Shown here: piece by piece, positions 1 to 14,964 of the stretch
Position numbering within the stretch: position 1 is the stretch's first letter
Layout: every line of letters begins with the position of its first letter
Assembly (NCBI GenBank): GCA_964016885.1
Contig: OZ024743.1
Coordinates: 365,490,001 to 365,554,000 of the forward strand
Reading direction: 5' to 3'
Length of the DNA: 64,000 bases
From: Eledone cirrhosa
Taxonomy: Eukaryota
Made by a program: the position numbers and the translations under genes
The notes under the pieces: generated by a model
The model's database searches: none
Told to the model about the DNA's origin: nothing
The model's input: the letters and a program-made list of their open reading frames with translations, nothing else

Positions 1-94
1 TACATATACACATATATATACACACACGCGCATACACACATACACACACACACACACACACAAATATATATACACACATTATTTTTTGATACCC

Positions 95-145
95 AGATTC
101 CTGATGATTTCTAATGAATGAAACAGTTCTAGTCCTGTAGAATCT
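95..145 (+). ncRNA. Type I hammerhead ribozyme motif (PLE/retrozyme type)
   Basis: AGATTC-CTGATGA-T-TTC/TAAT/GAA-T-GAAA-CAG..CTG-TA-GAATCT: stem I AGATTC/GAATCT, intact core, GUA cleavage triplet at 137-139. Confidence 0.75.
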
Positions 146-157
146 CATCTATATTAA

Positions 158-191
<34 letters not shown>

Positions 192-232
192 ACGCACCAA
201 AGTGCTCAATACTTAGGGTAGTAGAGTGGGTA

Positions 233-288
233 ATAGGAACGAGTAGGACCCCGACGGCTGAGCTCAAGCCGTTGGGGTTCTACTCGTT

Positions 289-293
<5 letters not shown>
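233..293. repeat. Hairpin remnant of a small fold-back element family (related sequence at ~8993-9100 and 54822-54991)
   Basis: ATAGGAACGAGTAGGACCCCGACGGCT..AGCCGTTGGGGTTCTACTCGTTCCTAT; the upstream TAACGCACCAAAGT..TTAGGGTAGTAGAGTGG recurs at 54823. Confidence 0.6.
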
Positions 294-335
<42 letters not shown>

Positions 336-533
336 GAAGTCACCGTACATGCACAAATATAGGTGCACGCATAAATAATCATGCTTATATTGGCACACGA
401 CATACAGATATACCTACACGCACACACGTAGAAATATATAGGAATATACACAACCACACATATATACACGTATACACACATATGTATACACACACCGACA
501 CACACATACAAAACGTATGCGCACAAGCGCTCG

Positions 534-773
<240 letters not shown>

Positions 774-846
774 TAATGGTTGCTAAGATGCTTCCATAGG
801 CGGTATGCCGGTTGAGCACTATATGCTCTTACGGAGCAGAGTATGA

Positions 847-1032
847 TAGAATGGAAAACGAAAAATCAGTGATGCATCGGAACTGAATTTATTGTGGGTT
901 ACACTTGTTTCCCGGCGAACAGCTGGAGGTGCGATCTGTGTGTGGATAGACCTGACTCAGGACTCGCAGGTTCCTCGGACACGTCCATTGATTTCGGAGC
1001 ATATGCATATGCGTCACTGATTTTTCGTTTTC

Positions 1033-1040
<8 letters not shown>
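847..1040. repeat. Small fold-back element with ~26-bp terminal inverted repeats next to (TA)n
   Basis: ATAGAATGGAAAACGAAAAATCAGTGA at 847 is the reverse complement of TCACTGATTTTTCGTTTTCCATTCTAT at 1014-1040. Confidence 0.7.
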
Positions 1041-1085
<45 letters not shown>

Positions 1086-1299
1086 GCAATAATATCATAA
1101 ATGTAACGGACCAAGTAGAAGATGATAGTCTCTATTTTGGGGCCAGGCCTTCACTCCAGGAGGAAAATAGCAAGGGTTTGAGTACAAAGGTAGGTGAGGT
1201 GGGAAAGGTCGAATAATTACAGTTGGGCAAGTCCAGATATTGGGAGATCTGGTTGGGGTGACCGATGGTTTATCCTCCTGAGTTGTATGTTGGTCTAAG

Positions 1300-1750
1300 G
1301 CATTGACAGGATTCCTGATCCGATGTCTGCACCATTTTTTTTCATGGTTAATTGGCCCTTCTCAAACAATGCAAAGCTCTTTGTTTGAGCACAAGTTACA
1401 CGGGTGTTCTTCTCCATTGTATGGTTGGGCCTTTGTGATGATGCACCAGTTACGTTGGTTCGGTATTCTTTTATCTCTTAGTGGCCATTCATAGCTGGGG
1501 AGGCTTGTGGCGGTCTTCTTATCCTGGTGTCGGAAAGTGTCCTTGTGTTGCGTGTAGCGGGATTTCAAGTTATTGGCTGTAATACCATTGTACACCGTTT
1601 GCTGCACACCAGTGATTACTCAGGGGCTAATAATTTCGGTTGCGGTAATTACAAACTGGTTCTGTGGTTTAATTAGAAAATTTCCTTGGTCCGCGGTTAA
1701 GATTCAACATGTTTGATGCCGTGATGCTTTGGACAATTTTGGGTGTCGCG
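1300..1750 (-). pseudogene. Penelope-like element GIY-YIG endonuclease remnant (Naiad-like)
   Basis: Translation YNGITANNLKSRYTQHKDTFRH..ATSLPSY..W.IITKAQPY..CNLCSNKELCI, with a CNYRNRN linker upstream. Confidence 0.75.
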
Positions 1751-1752
1751 GA

Positions 1753-1793
<41 letters not shown>

Positions 1794-2619
1794 AATTTCG
1801 CTATGAATATTGAAAGGCTGACGGCCAGCACTGTCTAGCGTATTCCAGCAGAAGCAGGGAGGGATACTTGCCTATACGTATTTCGAACTTAATGGCTCTA
1901 ATCGGGACTGTGCTTCTTTGCTGCCTTCTGTTGGAACTTGAAAACAGGCGAGAATATATAGTATTTTCGCCTGTGTAGGTGAGCTGATTAGTCTCATTTG
2001 CATACGAAGCTATATAAATTTAGTTTCAACATAGCTATCGAAAGCCTTAGCCACTCGGACATGTTTCAATACCACACACAATTTTGTAGGTTCCATAATA
2101 ACTGATTAATTAGTTAACACTAGCTCCCTCTCCCGGAACTTTTAATTTAGAAATAACCCAAGCTTGTTACAAATTAATGTGATAAAGCTTACAATATTAG
2201 TCGTATACCAACGGACTTCTGATAAACATTAAAATCAATGAAAAAATTAAACCCATTGACCTTATGTACTTGTACTATTAATAGAGAGGTCTTCGGAATC
2301 ATTTTGTAGCCGACTTGCTGCGATGAATAATACTTAAGTATCACAGAATGTATATTAATTACTTATTTAACAATGAGCATATCATTAAATTAACGGCGTT
2401 GACAAACGAAGGCACATTATGCAAATTAGACGAACTATTCCAGTAAAGTTTCGGGTTGTGTTTGAAATAAATGATGCTTGCTATAGGTTTTCTTCGTACA
2501 CGGGTGGATAAGGTTACTTATTTTCTTATGAATGATTTACTATCTGGAATTACAAAGAGAATAAGAAAACGTTTTTAAACTTGTTTCCTTTTCCTGGCTT
2601 GTAATTTAAAACTATAATA

Positions 2620-3130
2620 TATGATGAAAGGCGAGGCTAACCTCGGTGGGATTTGAATTCAGAACGTAAAGGGTCAAAACTTTATGCTGCAAAGCATAGT
2701 GTTTGACGCTCTACCGATACTGCCAACAATGATAATAATAATAATGATTTCTAGTATAGGTACAAGCCCAGTAATTTGGGAGGAGGGGAAAGTCGATTAA
2801 ATCGACCCCAGTACATTACTGGTGCTATATTTATCGACCCCGTAAGGATGAAAGGCAAAGTTAACCTAGGCGGGATTTGAACTCAGACTGTAAAGGTCCG
2901 TAACTCTATGCTGCAAAGCATAGTGTCTAACGCTCTACCGATACTGCCGATAATAATAATAATAATTGTTTCTACTTTTTGGCACAAGGCCAGCAATTAC
3001 TCAGCACATTACTGGTACTTTATTTTATCGACCCCGTAAGGATGAAAGGCAAAGTTAACCTCGGCGGGATTTGAACTCAGAATGGCAAGGGCCGTAACTC
3101 TTTGCGTCAAAGCATGGCGTCCGACCCTCT
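2620..3130 (-). mobile_element. Three tandem tRNA-derived SINE copies separated by (AAT)n
   Basis: Repeated GGATGAAAGGCAAAGTTAACC..GGGATTTGAACTCAG, the reverse complement of the B box plus conserved central domain. Confidence 0.8.
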
Positions 3131-3178
3131 ATAATAATAATAATAATAACAACAACAACAGCAATAATAATGGTAACA

Positions 3179-3214
<36 letters not shown>

Positions 3215-3229
3215 AAGATTATGTGCCTG

Positions 3230-3450
3230 AGCATTTTACTGACACGTGAACCTTTAACGTAATTTCAGGGAGATTCAGTATGCCACAGTGTGTGATAAGG
3301 CTGACTCTTTGAATTACATTTATAGATAATTTTCGCTAGCTAGTGGAGTAGAGCAGCTTGAAGTAAAGTGTCTTATTCAAGAATACAACGCGTCACCGGG
3401 AAAACGAAATTACGATCATGAGCCAAACACGCTAACCATTAAACCACTCT
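3230..3450 (-). mobile_element. Degenerate CORE-type SINE (similar pieces at ~7830-7985, 37400-37700, 49880-50165)
   Basis: Shared GAATTACAGG..GCCAGCTGA..GGACTGGAGCAACGTGAAATAAAGTGTCTT motif. Confidence 0.5.
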
Positions 3451-3643
3451 AACCCTTAAGCCAGGCACACACAAACACAGACATATGGAGACACAGAGTC
3501 ACAGAGAGTCACACACACACACATAAATACACACACACAGAGACACACATACGCACACATGCACACACACACACACATACATATATGTGTATATATATAT
3601 ATACATACATATATATATGTATATATATATATATGTATATATT

Positions 3644-3734
<91 letters not shown>

Positions 3735-5354
3735 GTGTGTGTGTGTAAACGAATCCACACACACACACATACGTATGATAATTCACAAAGATTTAAGTTA
3801 GACATTAATTTGCCCTGCATACGATTAGATTCCAATTTCCTATTATAATATTGCATTCTTGGTAGCGTTAGAACTATATGATGATGCTGTCAGGGGAAGA
3901 TCACTAAAGGTCACAAGTGATTCTGACAACGTGAAGCAATTGTAGAGAATTTGACGGCTTTTAGTCCCATGTTATCTTTGGGCAAGGAAGATGGAGTGTT
4001 GTAGATGTAAATGTGTTTCCTTCATATATATTGTGTTTGTAGGTTGATGTAATATTAGTTTGTGTTTGATATAAATAGCGTTTAAATATAGCTTTCTTTG
4101 TAGACAGATGGATAGGGTTCCCTGGGTACTTTACTTCTGATGAATGGTCAATTAGTTGTGAAACACGCAAAGGCAATCTCTTATGTTATTCTGTTTAAAA
4201 AGACAATAGTAGAAAGTTTTTCACATTTGTATAGTATAATGAAGCTTATAAAATGTAGTTATGTTGTATTAAATTTTTCTGATAAACGTTGTTTTGTGCA
4301 TAATTGCTAAATTCATACATACATATATACAGACAGACATACATACGTACGTAAGTACGTAGATACATACATACACACATACACACATACATATATACAT
4401 ACATACATATATACTCAGTGACGGAAGTTCTGTGGATAGGAAATCGTATTATAGTAGGACATGTTCAAAGTGTTTGCTAGCATGTAAATAGATATACAAA
4501 TAAATAAATAACTGTGTGTATGTGTGAACGTGTATCTATACATATATGTGTATCTATGAGTATATATGTGTGTTTATAAGCAAATTGCTTGTCATTGTTC
4601 CTCGTTATTCACATGTTCATTGTGATAACAACAACCATCGGTTATATTGACTAGTCATCCGAAACAATGCAAGCATCATTCCGCCATACCAAACACTCCA
4701 TTAACACAATGTCACTGACCTTTGCGCTTTTGGCGAATTAGCGTTGAATCTAACATTGCTAAAAGCACCTAATTACAGTTGTATATTGTATTCTAACTGT
4801 GCACTCTTATTATATATATGTAACTTTACTTGCAAAGGTCATTCGTAGAAGTATCACAAGTGAAAGTGTACTCCCTCTATCATAATGATAAAAAAAAAAT
4901 GTTCCGGGGAATGTTGCTTTTTAATATTTTGTTAGTAACCTTAAGAAATATTTGTAAAACATGCCTTAGGGAAAATAATGAATATTTTTTATTCTATTCA
5001 TATAGGTTTTCAGTCCACTGTTCTGACTTGTGTAAAATGACATAATGCTAGCGTTTATTAGTAGACAAATCTATACAGGAAAATATTTTCAATATCATTT
5101 TCTACATGTAAAATACTAGAAATCACTGCAGGCTGTTTCTTTCTCTGGTCTCATAGGTGCACTTTTCACACACACACACACACGTGCACTCGCGCATACA
5201 CACAAACACACTCATACACACACACACATACACTCACACGCAAACACACTTTCACACACATACACACTCACACACAAACACACATATACACACTCACACG
5301 CATACACACACAAACACACACACTCACACATACACACACATAAACACTCACATA

Positions 5355-5436
<82 letters not shown>

Positions 5437-5904
5437 ACATAAAGCAAGTCAGTCGTTTTGTTTCATATTTTGACAAGAACCATGCATCACCTATTATTTT
5501 TCTGCTTCATTTCATTTTCTCTTGCTAGCAGTTAATTTCTAACATGAGCGAGACTTGATTGAATAGTTCCTATTGGTTTAAAAACATACATGTAACTGAT
5601 GCTTCTCTTTATGGTTGGCTATTATCTTTTGCGCAATTATTCTATACAAGAGAATATTTTCCACTCACATTTCCCAACTAACATTGTAAAACAGGAAAAC
5701 ACCATAGCGCATTCACATTTATGTAAATATTTCGTTGATTAGGTTTGTAAATCAAGATCAGAAATTTCCATGTCTAAATGTTGTTCTATTTTAACCAAGA
5801 TTATCAAACCAAGCGCTCTGCAATTATTAGGGTATTATTATACAAACAACAGAAAAAAATCTATCGTTAATTGGTATTCAGACGTGGGTGTATAGTCAAG
5901 AGGC

Positions 5905-6850
5905 ATATTTTTGTTTTTAGACTTCCAAAAGGCATATGACCGCATTCGTCGGGGCCTGCTGAGGAAGGTTCTGCAGGAATTTCGGTCGATGGTCAGCTTC
6001 TTATTGCCCGAGTATTTGTGTTCAGATGAATGGTGCTAAATCGAAATCATTTAATGTGGGAGTCGGACTTCGCCGGGGGTGCGTACTGTTCATTTTTTCA
6101 TGAACAGGACTGACATGCGCAGCCGGTTGGAAGCGGTATCACGACTGGCAGGTGAAAAATCAGTCGGCTGGAATTTTCAGACGACTTGGTGTTATTAATT
6201 TCGACAGGTGATTTCGGACCTACACTCAATAAGTGTGATGCCGAGTACTGCATGGCTGGAATGAAAATCAGTGCTGCGAAAACTGAGACACTCATCCTCT
6301 CAAGGAGTGCAGGGCAGTGCACTTTACATGTGAATTAAGAGCAAGAACTGCAGGAGCTGATGCAATACCGCACCAGCTTCAGCATTCGGTAAGTAGAAAA
6401 AGGGAATTAGGTGGAAAAACCAAACTCACTCTCTTCAATTCGGTTTTCGTGCCAACCCTTACCTATGGTCATGAATCTTGGGTAATGACCGAAAGAATAC
6501 TACTGCGAATACCAGCGGCCGAAATGGGGTTCCTCCGAAGGGTCTTCGGAGTAACGTTACTTGATAGAGTACGAAGCTCGGAGATGAGAGAGTCACTCCA
6601 GGTAGAGTAGCTACTTCTCCGAATTGAGAGATCACAGCTCCAATACTATGGGCATATGGCTAGAATGTCTCAGGAAGTAATCTCTGGACAGATTTTGCGG
6701 GCAAAACCAGCGATAGGAGACACAGGGATAGACCCCGACCAAGATGGCTGAATAACATCCACGAGCTTGACTGGTCACGCTTGGGATTCAGCAGGATCTG
6801 ATGGAGCCGGTTGCTTCTGGCAGGACCTGCTGGAAGGAGCGTTTGAGGAC
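5905..6850 (+). pseudogene. Degenerate RTE-clade LINE RT fragment
   Basis: LDFQKAYDRI, VGLRRGCVL, FSDDLV, VPTLTYGHESWVMT..AAEMGFLRRV.GVTLLDRVRS, with stops and frameshifts. Confidence 0.8.
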
Positions 6851-7440
6851 TCGTCAATATGGGCGAAGATGAAAAATATATGAGCGAAGAAGAATATGTG
6901 GGCGAAGAAGAAGGACGAGGAGGAGGAAGGGGAGTGGGAGGGGCTGATGGGGGGGGGGGGGGTGAAAAGGAGGGGAGAATTTGTATTTAGGTAATGTAGG
7001 GAAAAATTACATCTCATTCATTCTTGTTATATCTTGGAACAATCTTAGTTTCCTAAACACTATCCAATACTCCATAAGAGGTAGTTATGTTTGTTGTTCT
7101 TTTTTATGGGGTTCTTGTAATAGTGGTTAACATTGTTGTTGATGTTGTTGTTAATGTATTTTATTGCGGTCATATATGTTGTTATTACTGTTGATAAGTT
7201 AAAAGCACTTAACTGAATTCCTTGCTTGTATATATGTATAGCCATATTAAGTACAGCTGGGAATGAACACAGACACACACACACGCACGCACACACACGC
7301 GCGCGCACACACACAAACACACAGACACACACACAGACACACACACACAGACACACACACAAACACACACACATACACACACACATACATATATATATAT
7401 AAATATATATTTATATATATTTATATATATATATATGTGT

Positions 7441-7502
<62 letters not shown>

Positions 7503-8229
7503 ATGTATGTAGACAGACACTCAGTGAAAGGCAGAATAGTTTTGGGAAATAGAAGGGAGAGGAGAGTATTAGATTAACAGTGTAGTGAAGGCAGCTAAGG
7601 AATGAAAGACATGGTAAGAGAGATGGGCATAAAAATGGGAGGAGCAGAGACATAGAGAGGTGCACGAACAATGGAAGATTGACAAACAAAAATGAAAGAC
7701 ATCGGGAACACTGTTGTGCCTTTGTGTGTACTTTGTGCCTCCGTCGATTCCGAAGACGAGTGTTCTAGTTGTGGGTTAAAAAGAAAATCGCCCTATTCTT
7801 GAAATTAACTGGCAAATGATTGAACATTCAACAAACACGTGTACTTCTTCTTGAGAACAACTTACTTCTTGAGAAGTTTCAGTGTAACACAGTATGTGAC
7901 AAGGCTGACATTTTGAATTACAGGTAAAGCATATTTTTGCCAGCTGAATGAACTGGAGCAACGTGAAATAAAGTGTCTTACTGAAAGGAAGGGGTGGAGA
8001 GAGAGATTGAATCATAAAGAGATATAGTAATACAATGTTTGACAACCCTGTGGAAGAGAAATATTTTTGTTGGAAATATATGAAAATAGGAAAGGAGAGA
8101 AGGAGAGAAGGAACAGGCAGAGTGTGGGAAAGAAATAAAGGAAAAATGTGATAAAGGCGGGTTTCATTTTTGTTAACTTCGTCCCACTTTCTCTCTCTTT
8201 CTCCCTCTCTGTCTGTCTGCCTCTCTCTT

Positions 8230-8273
<44 letters not shown>

Positions 8274-8766
8274 ACTTTCTCTGTATTACTGCTCCCCCGT
8301 TCTCTCTGTTTCTCTTACCTTCTTCCGTCCCCTCTGTCAGTTAACACTTTCTCTCGACTGACCTCTTCCTCGCACTTCCACTCACCCACTCTCTGTTTCT
8401 CCCCTTCTCACTTCCTCCCGTTCGCTAGTAGTGGGGTTCCTTCTTTCTCACACCGCATTCACGGCGTAGGGTCTGCTTCTCTGACCGCTCATGAAATTCA
8501 CCCAGCTTATGCTGATCGGATAACTATCATGTGGCTTGCTGTTTTCCCAACCTTCGGTTTGCTTTTCCTTCTGTTGTTTACTTGTCTCACTCGCTTTACG
8601 CGTTTCACTTGTCCCAATAGCTTATTTTATTATTGCTCGCACCAACCTGAGGTATCTGATTTTTAATGCGATGAAATACCAATGATGGTTGGCAAATCAC
8701 TGATGAGGGACTAATTTTATAATATGTAATCCATGTGCAACCATGCAGTATTCTTCTCCCCATGTT

Positions 8767-8818
<52 letters not shown>

Positions 8819-8886
8819 TCTCTTTACTCTTTGTTCTTGAATGTTTGGTTGGTAGAGTCCATAACACCAATTAAACCCCTTTTATA

Positions 8887-8931
8887 GCTCTGACGAATCC
8901 TACGGTTACGTAAGGAAGAAACATTGTAAGC
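8887..8931 (+). ncRNA. Type I hammerhead ribozyme motif
   Basis: GCT-CTGACGA-A-TCCTACG/GTTA/CGTAAGGA-A-GAAA-CATTG-TA-AGC; short stems I and III. Confidence 0.6.
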
Positions 8932-9243
8932 CAATAAAAATCTGTTGATGTTGTAGACGCTCTTGTGTTCTTTCTCATATATATATTTATGAAAAGAGTC
9001 AGGGCGCCGACGGCTGAGCTCCGGCCGTTTCGACAGCTAAATCCGAACTAAGCCACTTGTATTAGAACGGCGGGAATCTAGCTGAACTTATCAAGGGTTA
9101 CAGTCCATATATGAGCATGCAGTCAAAACAAAAACAAAAAGCAGAAACAACTAAACAAAAAATCATAAAAAATTGTTGTTCTCGTCTGTCACGAGGAGTG
9201 GTCAATGATCTGGGATATCGTGTACATAGTTATATATATATAT

Positions 9244-9373
<130 letters not shown>

Positions 9374-11290
9374 ATATGATGAAGTTTCTCGTCAAGACTA
9401 ACGTATGAACGTCCAGTTATTTGATCAATTGAACGATCTATCTATTCATTGAATTAAATAACAAAATGGCTGAATATTTCATACACACGTGTACCCTGTA
9501 TACATGCATAGATACAAACATACACACACGCGTACATACACACACTAAACACACATATATATAAGCATCAGACATTAAGAATAAATCAAAGATATCTAAC
9601 ATATGCTCAATTTTCTTCAATCACGCTTGTTTTCTCTTTCTAAATGAAGTATATTAGTCCACGTGATCAATACGTTAGGGCATACACACAATTGTCCTTT
9701 TTCATAATTAGCTGATGTAGCCTCATGAGCATGCATATCAATGATGTTAGATTAATTAGTCCATAAACTGAATGTCTTTATTATTGTTGTTGTCGTTGTT
9801 TTAGTTGTGCTGTTTTTATATATGAGTGTATTGTTTTTAATGGCTTAGTCACAGGGGTAAACGCTGGCCTATTGGCGCTTTTCGTGTAAGCAAAAGAGGG
9901 AGGATGATATTTGTGGATCCTGAGACATTGCCCGAATACTTGTTATTTGCATTGCTCATGTTGATGTCAATATTTATTGTTAATTCCAAAGGGAAAATAA
10001 ATGAATCAATTGTTTTATAACAGACATTCTCTCATTTGATAGTATTATTGAATAATTTTCATGTTAAATTTGCTAAGATAATATTAAATACAATTATGTG
10101 CCAGTAAAAAATATATATTTCAATTGTGAAAATACCAGTAATTTTTCTCCATCGAAATTTCACGAATAGAAATTGACCTGACTACACATATTTTTTATAT
10201 TGATATATCTTTATCAACAGAAATACTTTGTCAACAGAAATACTTCTTATTCAGCTACTTGGGTGTTGGATGGTTGGAAGGGATACATTTACCTAGTTGT
10301 GATCAGTAAATAATGCAAGTTAGGTGGTATGAGAGATTCTTGGCTGTGGTGTTAAGAACTGTCCTATCTGTTGATAGTTGCTTTTTATGAGTTATATGAA
10401 TGTGGGAGCCATTCACAATTGGTTACATGTGTTGATATTGTTCAGAGAAATACCAGGGGATTGTTTTAGACTATTGTTAATCACTTCGTGCCTGTATCTT
10501 TGGTCAAATCACCATATACACCAAGTTGTGTTCAGGTTATATTAAGAAGAGGAGGGCTCTATTCGACTATTCGAGAGTGTTTCAGATATAGTGTACCTAG
10601 AATTGCATTATACAATGTATCTTGTTTTAGTGGTGTAGTGTGATTTGAGAGAGATTTGGTTGCTATTTCTACAAAGTTGAGTGTAGGTATTCTCTTGCTA
10701 ACTCAGTTTATCAATTTATCAATTAGTGTAAGAGGAAAATCCAAAATATGAATGAGAGCCAACTAAATATAATTCTGATACTTCGGGTATTAATCTCTTG
10801 TGATCCCAATATTATTTTATAGGAGATATATAGAATAGAATGATTTATGGCTTCATATATACACGTGTATTCATACATACATGCATACATATGTGTGTAT
10901 TTCTACCTCCCACCATATGTTTGTGTATATTCGTGTGTGTATATATATTTGTGTGTAATAAAGATAATAAAGATAATAGGCTCTCCCGGTGAGAGCAACA
11001 TATGAGTGTCAGGATTATCTAAAGAACCTAATTATGGAATTAGCACGCAAAGCTAGTCAAAGTTCCAAAGGCACCTGTAGGCAAACGTAATTTTTACAAA
11101 AGTAAAATCCCCGCGATGTAGTTTGACGAGACCGGACCTTTCAATCACAGGTACAGTTCATAAAAGGATAAGGTCGACACGAAGGTATCGTAATGAATAC
11201 TTACCCATGAACTGAGTAGTGGGATCAAACACAGGACACCACAACTGTGAAGCGAATTTCTTAAACACTTTGCCATGCCTGCATTTATGC

Positions 11291-11354
<64 letters not shown>

Positions 11355-11409
11355 GCGTGTCTGTGTGATATGTTAATATATAAACACACGCTACCCCCAA
11401 AAAAACACT

Positions 11410-11442
<33 letters not shown>

Positions 11443-11632
11443 ATACACATACACATATATATATGAACACAGAGGTTGATATAAATTACCCCAAACAAAG
11501 ACATCGTATAATTCTGTATGGAATCTGAGCCTTGTCTGGTTTCGTTATACTTTCTCCTCTTTTTACATCTAACTTTCCATTTACTTTTTTTACTGACACG
11601 CACACATTGTACATACATACATACATACATAC

Positions 11633-11968
11633 ATGGTGGCTGCCAACTCGTTTTCGAGTACGGCCACTACTTTATATCCATGTAGGATAACCCCTACCGA
11701 TGCGCTGAACAAGTGTGACTTTTTAGTCCAGCCAGCGACTTGAAAACTCTGGTACAAACACTACACTTGTGACAATTATTGACACATAGTGCTGGGCCCA
11801 TGGTACCATGTGACGACAAGTGCAGAGAGATCTCCAGATATAAAGCAATGCCTGTGCCATGAAGCTTTTATAGTGAGCAAAGGCACTGCACAAAGCCAGT
11901 CCCACTCTCTTAACCAAGATGATATTTACCAAAAAGAAGAACAAGTCAACATCATTGGATACCATCAT
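11633..11968 (-). mobile_element. 5'-truncated solo copy of the non-autonomous RTE derivative arrayed at 32669-35874, flanked by (TACA)n
   Basis: Near-identical to the array unit from GGTGGCTGCCAACTCG to GGATACCATC; microsatellite on both sides. Confidence 0.85.
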
Positions 11969-14586
11969 CGGATACCATACATACATACATACATACATAC
12001 ATACATACATACATACATACATACATACATACATACATAGAAGCATACACACATACACACATACATTCATATATACATACATACATGCATACATGCATAT
12101 ATACATACATACATGCAAACATACATACATACATACATAAATACATAATACATACATACATACATATGTGAAGTAAGACTAAGAGCGCTCTTGGGACTGT
12201 ACTCTGAAAAAATTTGGGGAAAAAGAAATGACATTGACAAAAATGCCATGCCTTTTCAATAATATAATATCCGATCACGATCAGTAATATTATGGAGATG
12301 ACGATTATCTACAAAGCTGGATTGTACTCGGACATGCTATATGAAAATATATCATTCATTTGTGCTCCTACCATCCATCTAAGTGTTTAAGGGTAATTTT
12401 CTTTTCTGTATAAAATAAACCTAAAATTTAGATCGATAAAACACTTGAGACTGGAGCTGCTGCTGCACAGATCTAACTAGATGAAGTTTTCACTGAACTA
12501 ATACTTTAAGTTGACACTGATCTAATACTTTGACCATCAGATGACTCCCCTGTAATGTGAACTCATCGGTATTATTACCGATAGCATCGCTATTTATTTC
12601 GCATTAACTAACATTCCAGCTACACTCGTCATGGTTATTAACATCATTTATTTACTGTCGGCTCTATCCGTTCTATTACCCTCATTGCGATCGTTATCAT
12701 CACTAATATAATTGTCATGAAATATCATCGCTGTCATATCGTTATCTTTATCTTATAACTACTTAACCCTTATCACTTTGACGGCAATTTGTATTGGTTG
12801 CTTTAGTTGCTATCGGGGCAATGAGATGAGCCGTCCAAAGGATGAACATAATTTATGTCTTTTATAAAATGTTATACTTTTAGTGCAGATTAGTTCATTT
12901 GGTTCGTTCTTCTAGAAGAGAAAGCCTTATAAAATATTGCATTGCTACCTTTCTTAGAGGCGTAGTAGATATGCTCTAAATTAGAGTCTCGGTACCGTCA
13001 CTAGAATTTTCAAATCTAATGATAATGGTTTCTAATTTAAGCACAAAGCTACGGATTAAGGGTGGCGAGAGTCGATTAAATTGAGAACAGAATTTGACTG
13101 ATATTTTATTTTATCGAGGCTGGAAGAGTGAATGACAAAGTTGACCTCAGCAGGATTTCAACTCAAAACGTGAAGCTATTTTCCCGACACTCTAACACAT
13201 CAGTAAACAAGTATACAAATAGCGTTTATTACAATGTCTTTTCAATATATTAGTGCAGAATTCGATTTTCAGCTGAAATCCTCATCTTTAATCATTCCAA
13301 GATTGATAAAATAAAGTTCACAATGATGTACAGGAACTGATATGATCAGCTCGTTCCTTCTTCTAAATTTGAAGTCTTGTGGCTCTGTAAGAAATTCATT
13401 CAAATAACCTGTCTTCAGTTAAACTTGATACATCTCGCCGAGGTGTACTCCCTCTTTCTATCTTCCTAATTCCTTGCGGAATTCTTTGAGTGTCGGACGG
13501 GATTCATTGTGGTATTTAAACCGACTCTTTCAAATCCCGTCGTGATCTAGTTGGGTGATAGACTCAAACCATCGCCAGGTTTGAAAGCACCACCTGGTTC
13601 ATGTGTGACTTTAGCTCAATTCATTTTAGTGTAAGCATTTGGGCCAGGTTTCAGGTTTAAAACTATCGTCTATCTCCTTCTCACTAGACTTGAAAGCCCT
13701 TCATCAAACAAGAAAATAAAGTACAAGTATCTCGATAAATGAAATAATTTCCTTAGATTTAAATTCACATTCTAAAAAGAAAAAAATATTTAATTCTAAA
13801 AAATGTGATTAAGATAATAGAATAAAAGGAAAGAGAAATGGCCCATTTCGATAAAATTTAGCATATAAGCAAATATTTACATACTAAAGATATATGACGT
13901 TCATTTCTTTTAGAGAGTAACCTCTATGTTTTCATGAATTAAAGAGTAGTTTATGTACTTTATTGAATTTATTTGCATACAATTACAGATATTTACTAAA
14001 ATACTTTGAGAAATAAAGGGAGATATTTTAGAAGCCCCAATTTGACCGACATTTTTTTGTGATTTAAATATTTGTTGAGTAACAAGTTCTGTCCCTCCCT
14101 TTATTCAACACTCTCTAGTTTTCTGTTCATGTGCCTGTATTTGTCTTTATATAGTTACATGACTGTATGTAAATGAGCGTACATATGTGTGTATGCGCGC
14201 GTGTGTTTTACAATTATTTCTTTTACATTAGAATGAAATATCTTCGTCATATCGCAAACATTTTTACGCTTCGCACGGCTGAAAAATTTAGTCTAAGTGA
14301 TCCATGAAATACACGTATAATTGCTCTGAACTTCATAATTCAATTACAAGATAAAAAATCCTAATGACTAAGCTGAAGTATTTTACACACTACCAATAGT
14401 TTTATATCATATATACGGGAGAGAAAAATGTAGATGTGGTACTATGGTTAAGAAGCGCTCATCACACCCATGTGGTTCACACCCGATGAGTGACACCTCG
14501 GGCGAATGACTTATGCTAAAGCCTAGAGTTGATCATTACTGTATGTGCGGAATTTAATAGACGGAAACTGTTTTATATTATCGAAA

Positions 14587-14768
14587 GGGCAGTATCAGTA
14601 GAGGGTCGGACGCCATGCTTTGCAGCATAGAGTTACGTTCATTTACAGTCTGAGTTCAAATCCTACCGAGGTTAACTTTACCTTTCATCCTTACGGGGTC
14701 GATAAAATAAAGTTCCAGTAATGCACTGGGATAATTGCTGGCCTTGTGCCAAAAATAGAAACAATTAT
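14587..14768 (+). mobile_element. tRNA-derived SINE
   Basis: B box GAGTTCAAATCC, central CCTTTCATCCTTACGGGGTCGATAAAATAAAG, tail GGCCTTGTGCCAAAAATAGAAACAATTAT. Confidence 0.85.
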
Positions 14769-14789
14769 CGAATTATATGCAATCGAATT

Positions 14790-14945
14790 ATAAGCAATCA
14801 GCGGCAGCGATATCAAGCAAGTCGAGGATTTTAAGTATCTTGGGTCGTTGATCATGGACTCTGGGAAGGATTTTGCCACAAGAAAAGCTCAAGCATGGTC
14901 AGCTTGCAACAAGTTGGATCGAGATTGGCGCTCAAATCTTTTCAG
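14790..14945 (+). pseudogene. RTE-like RT fragment
   Basis: KQVEDFKYLGSLIMDSGKDFATRKAQAWSACNKLDRDWRS. Confidence 0.65.
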
Positions 14946-14964
14946 CCACACCAAAGTCAGAGCC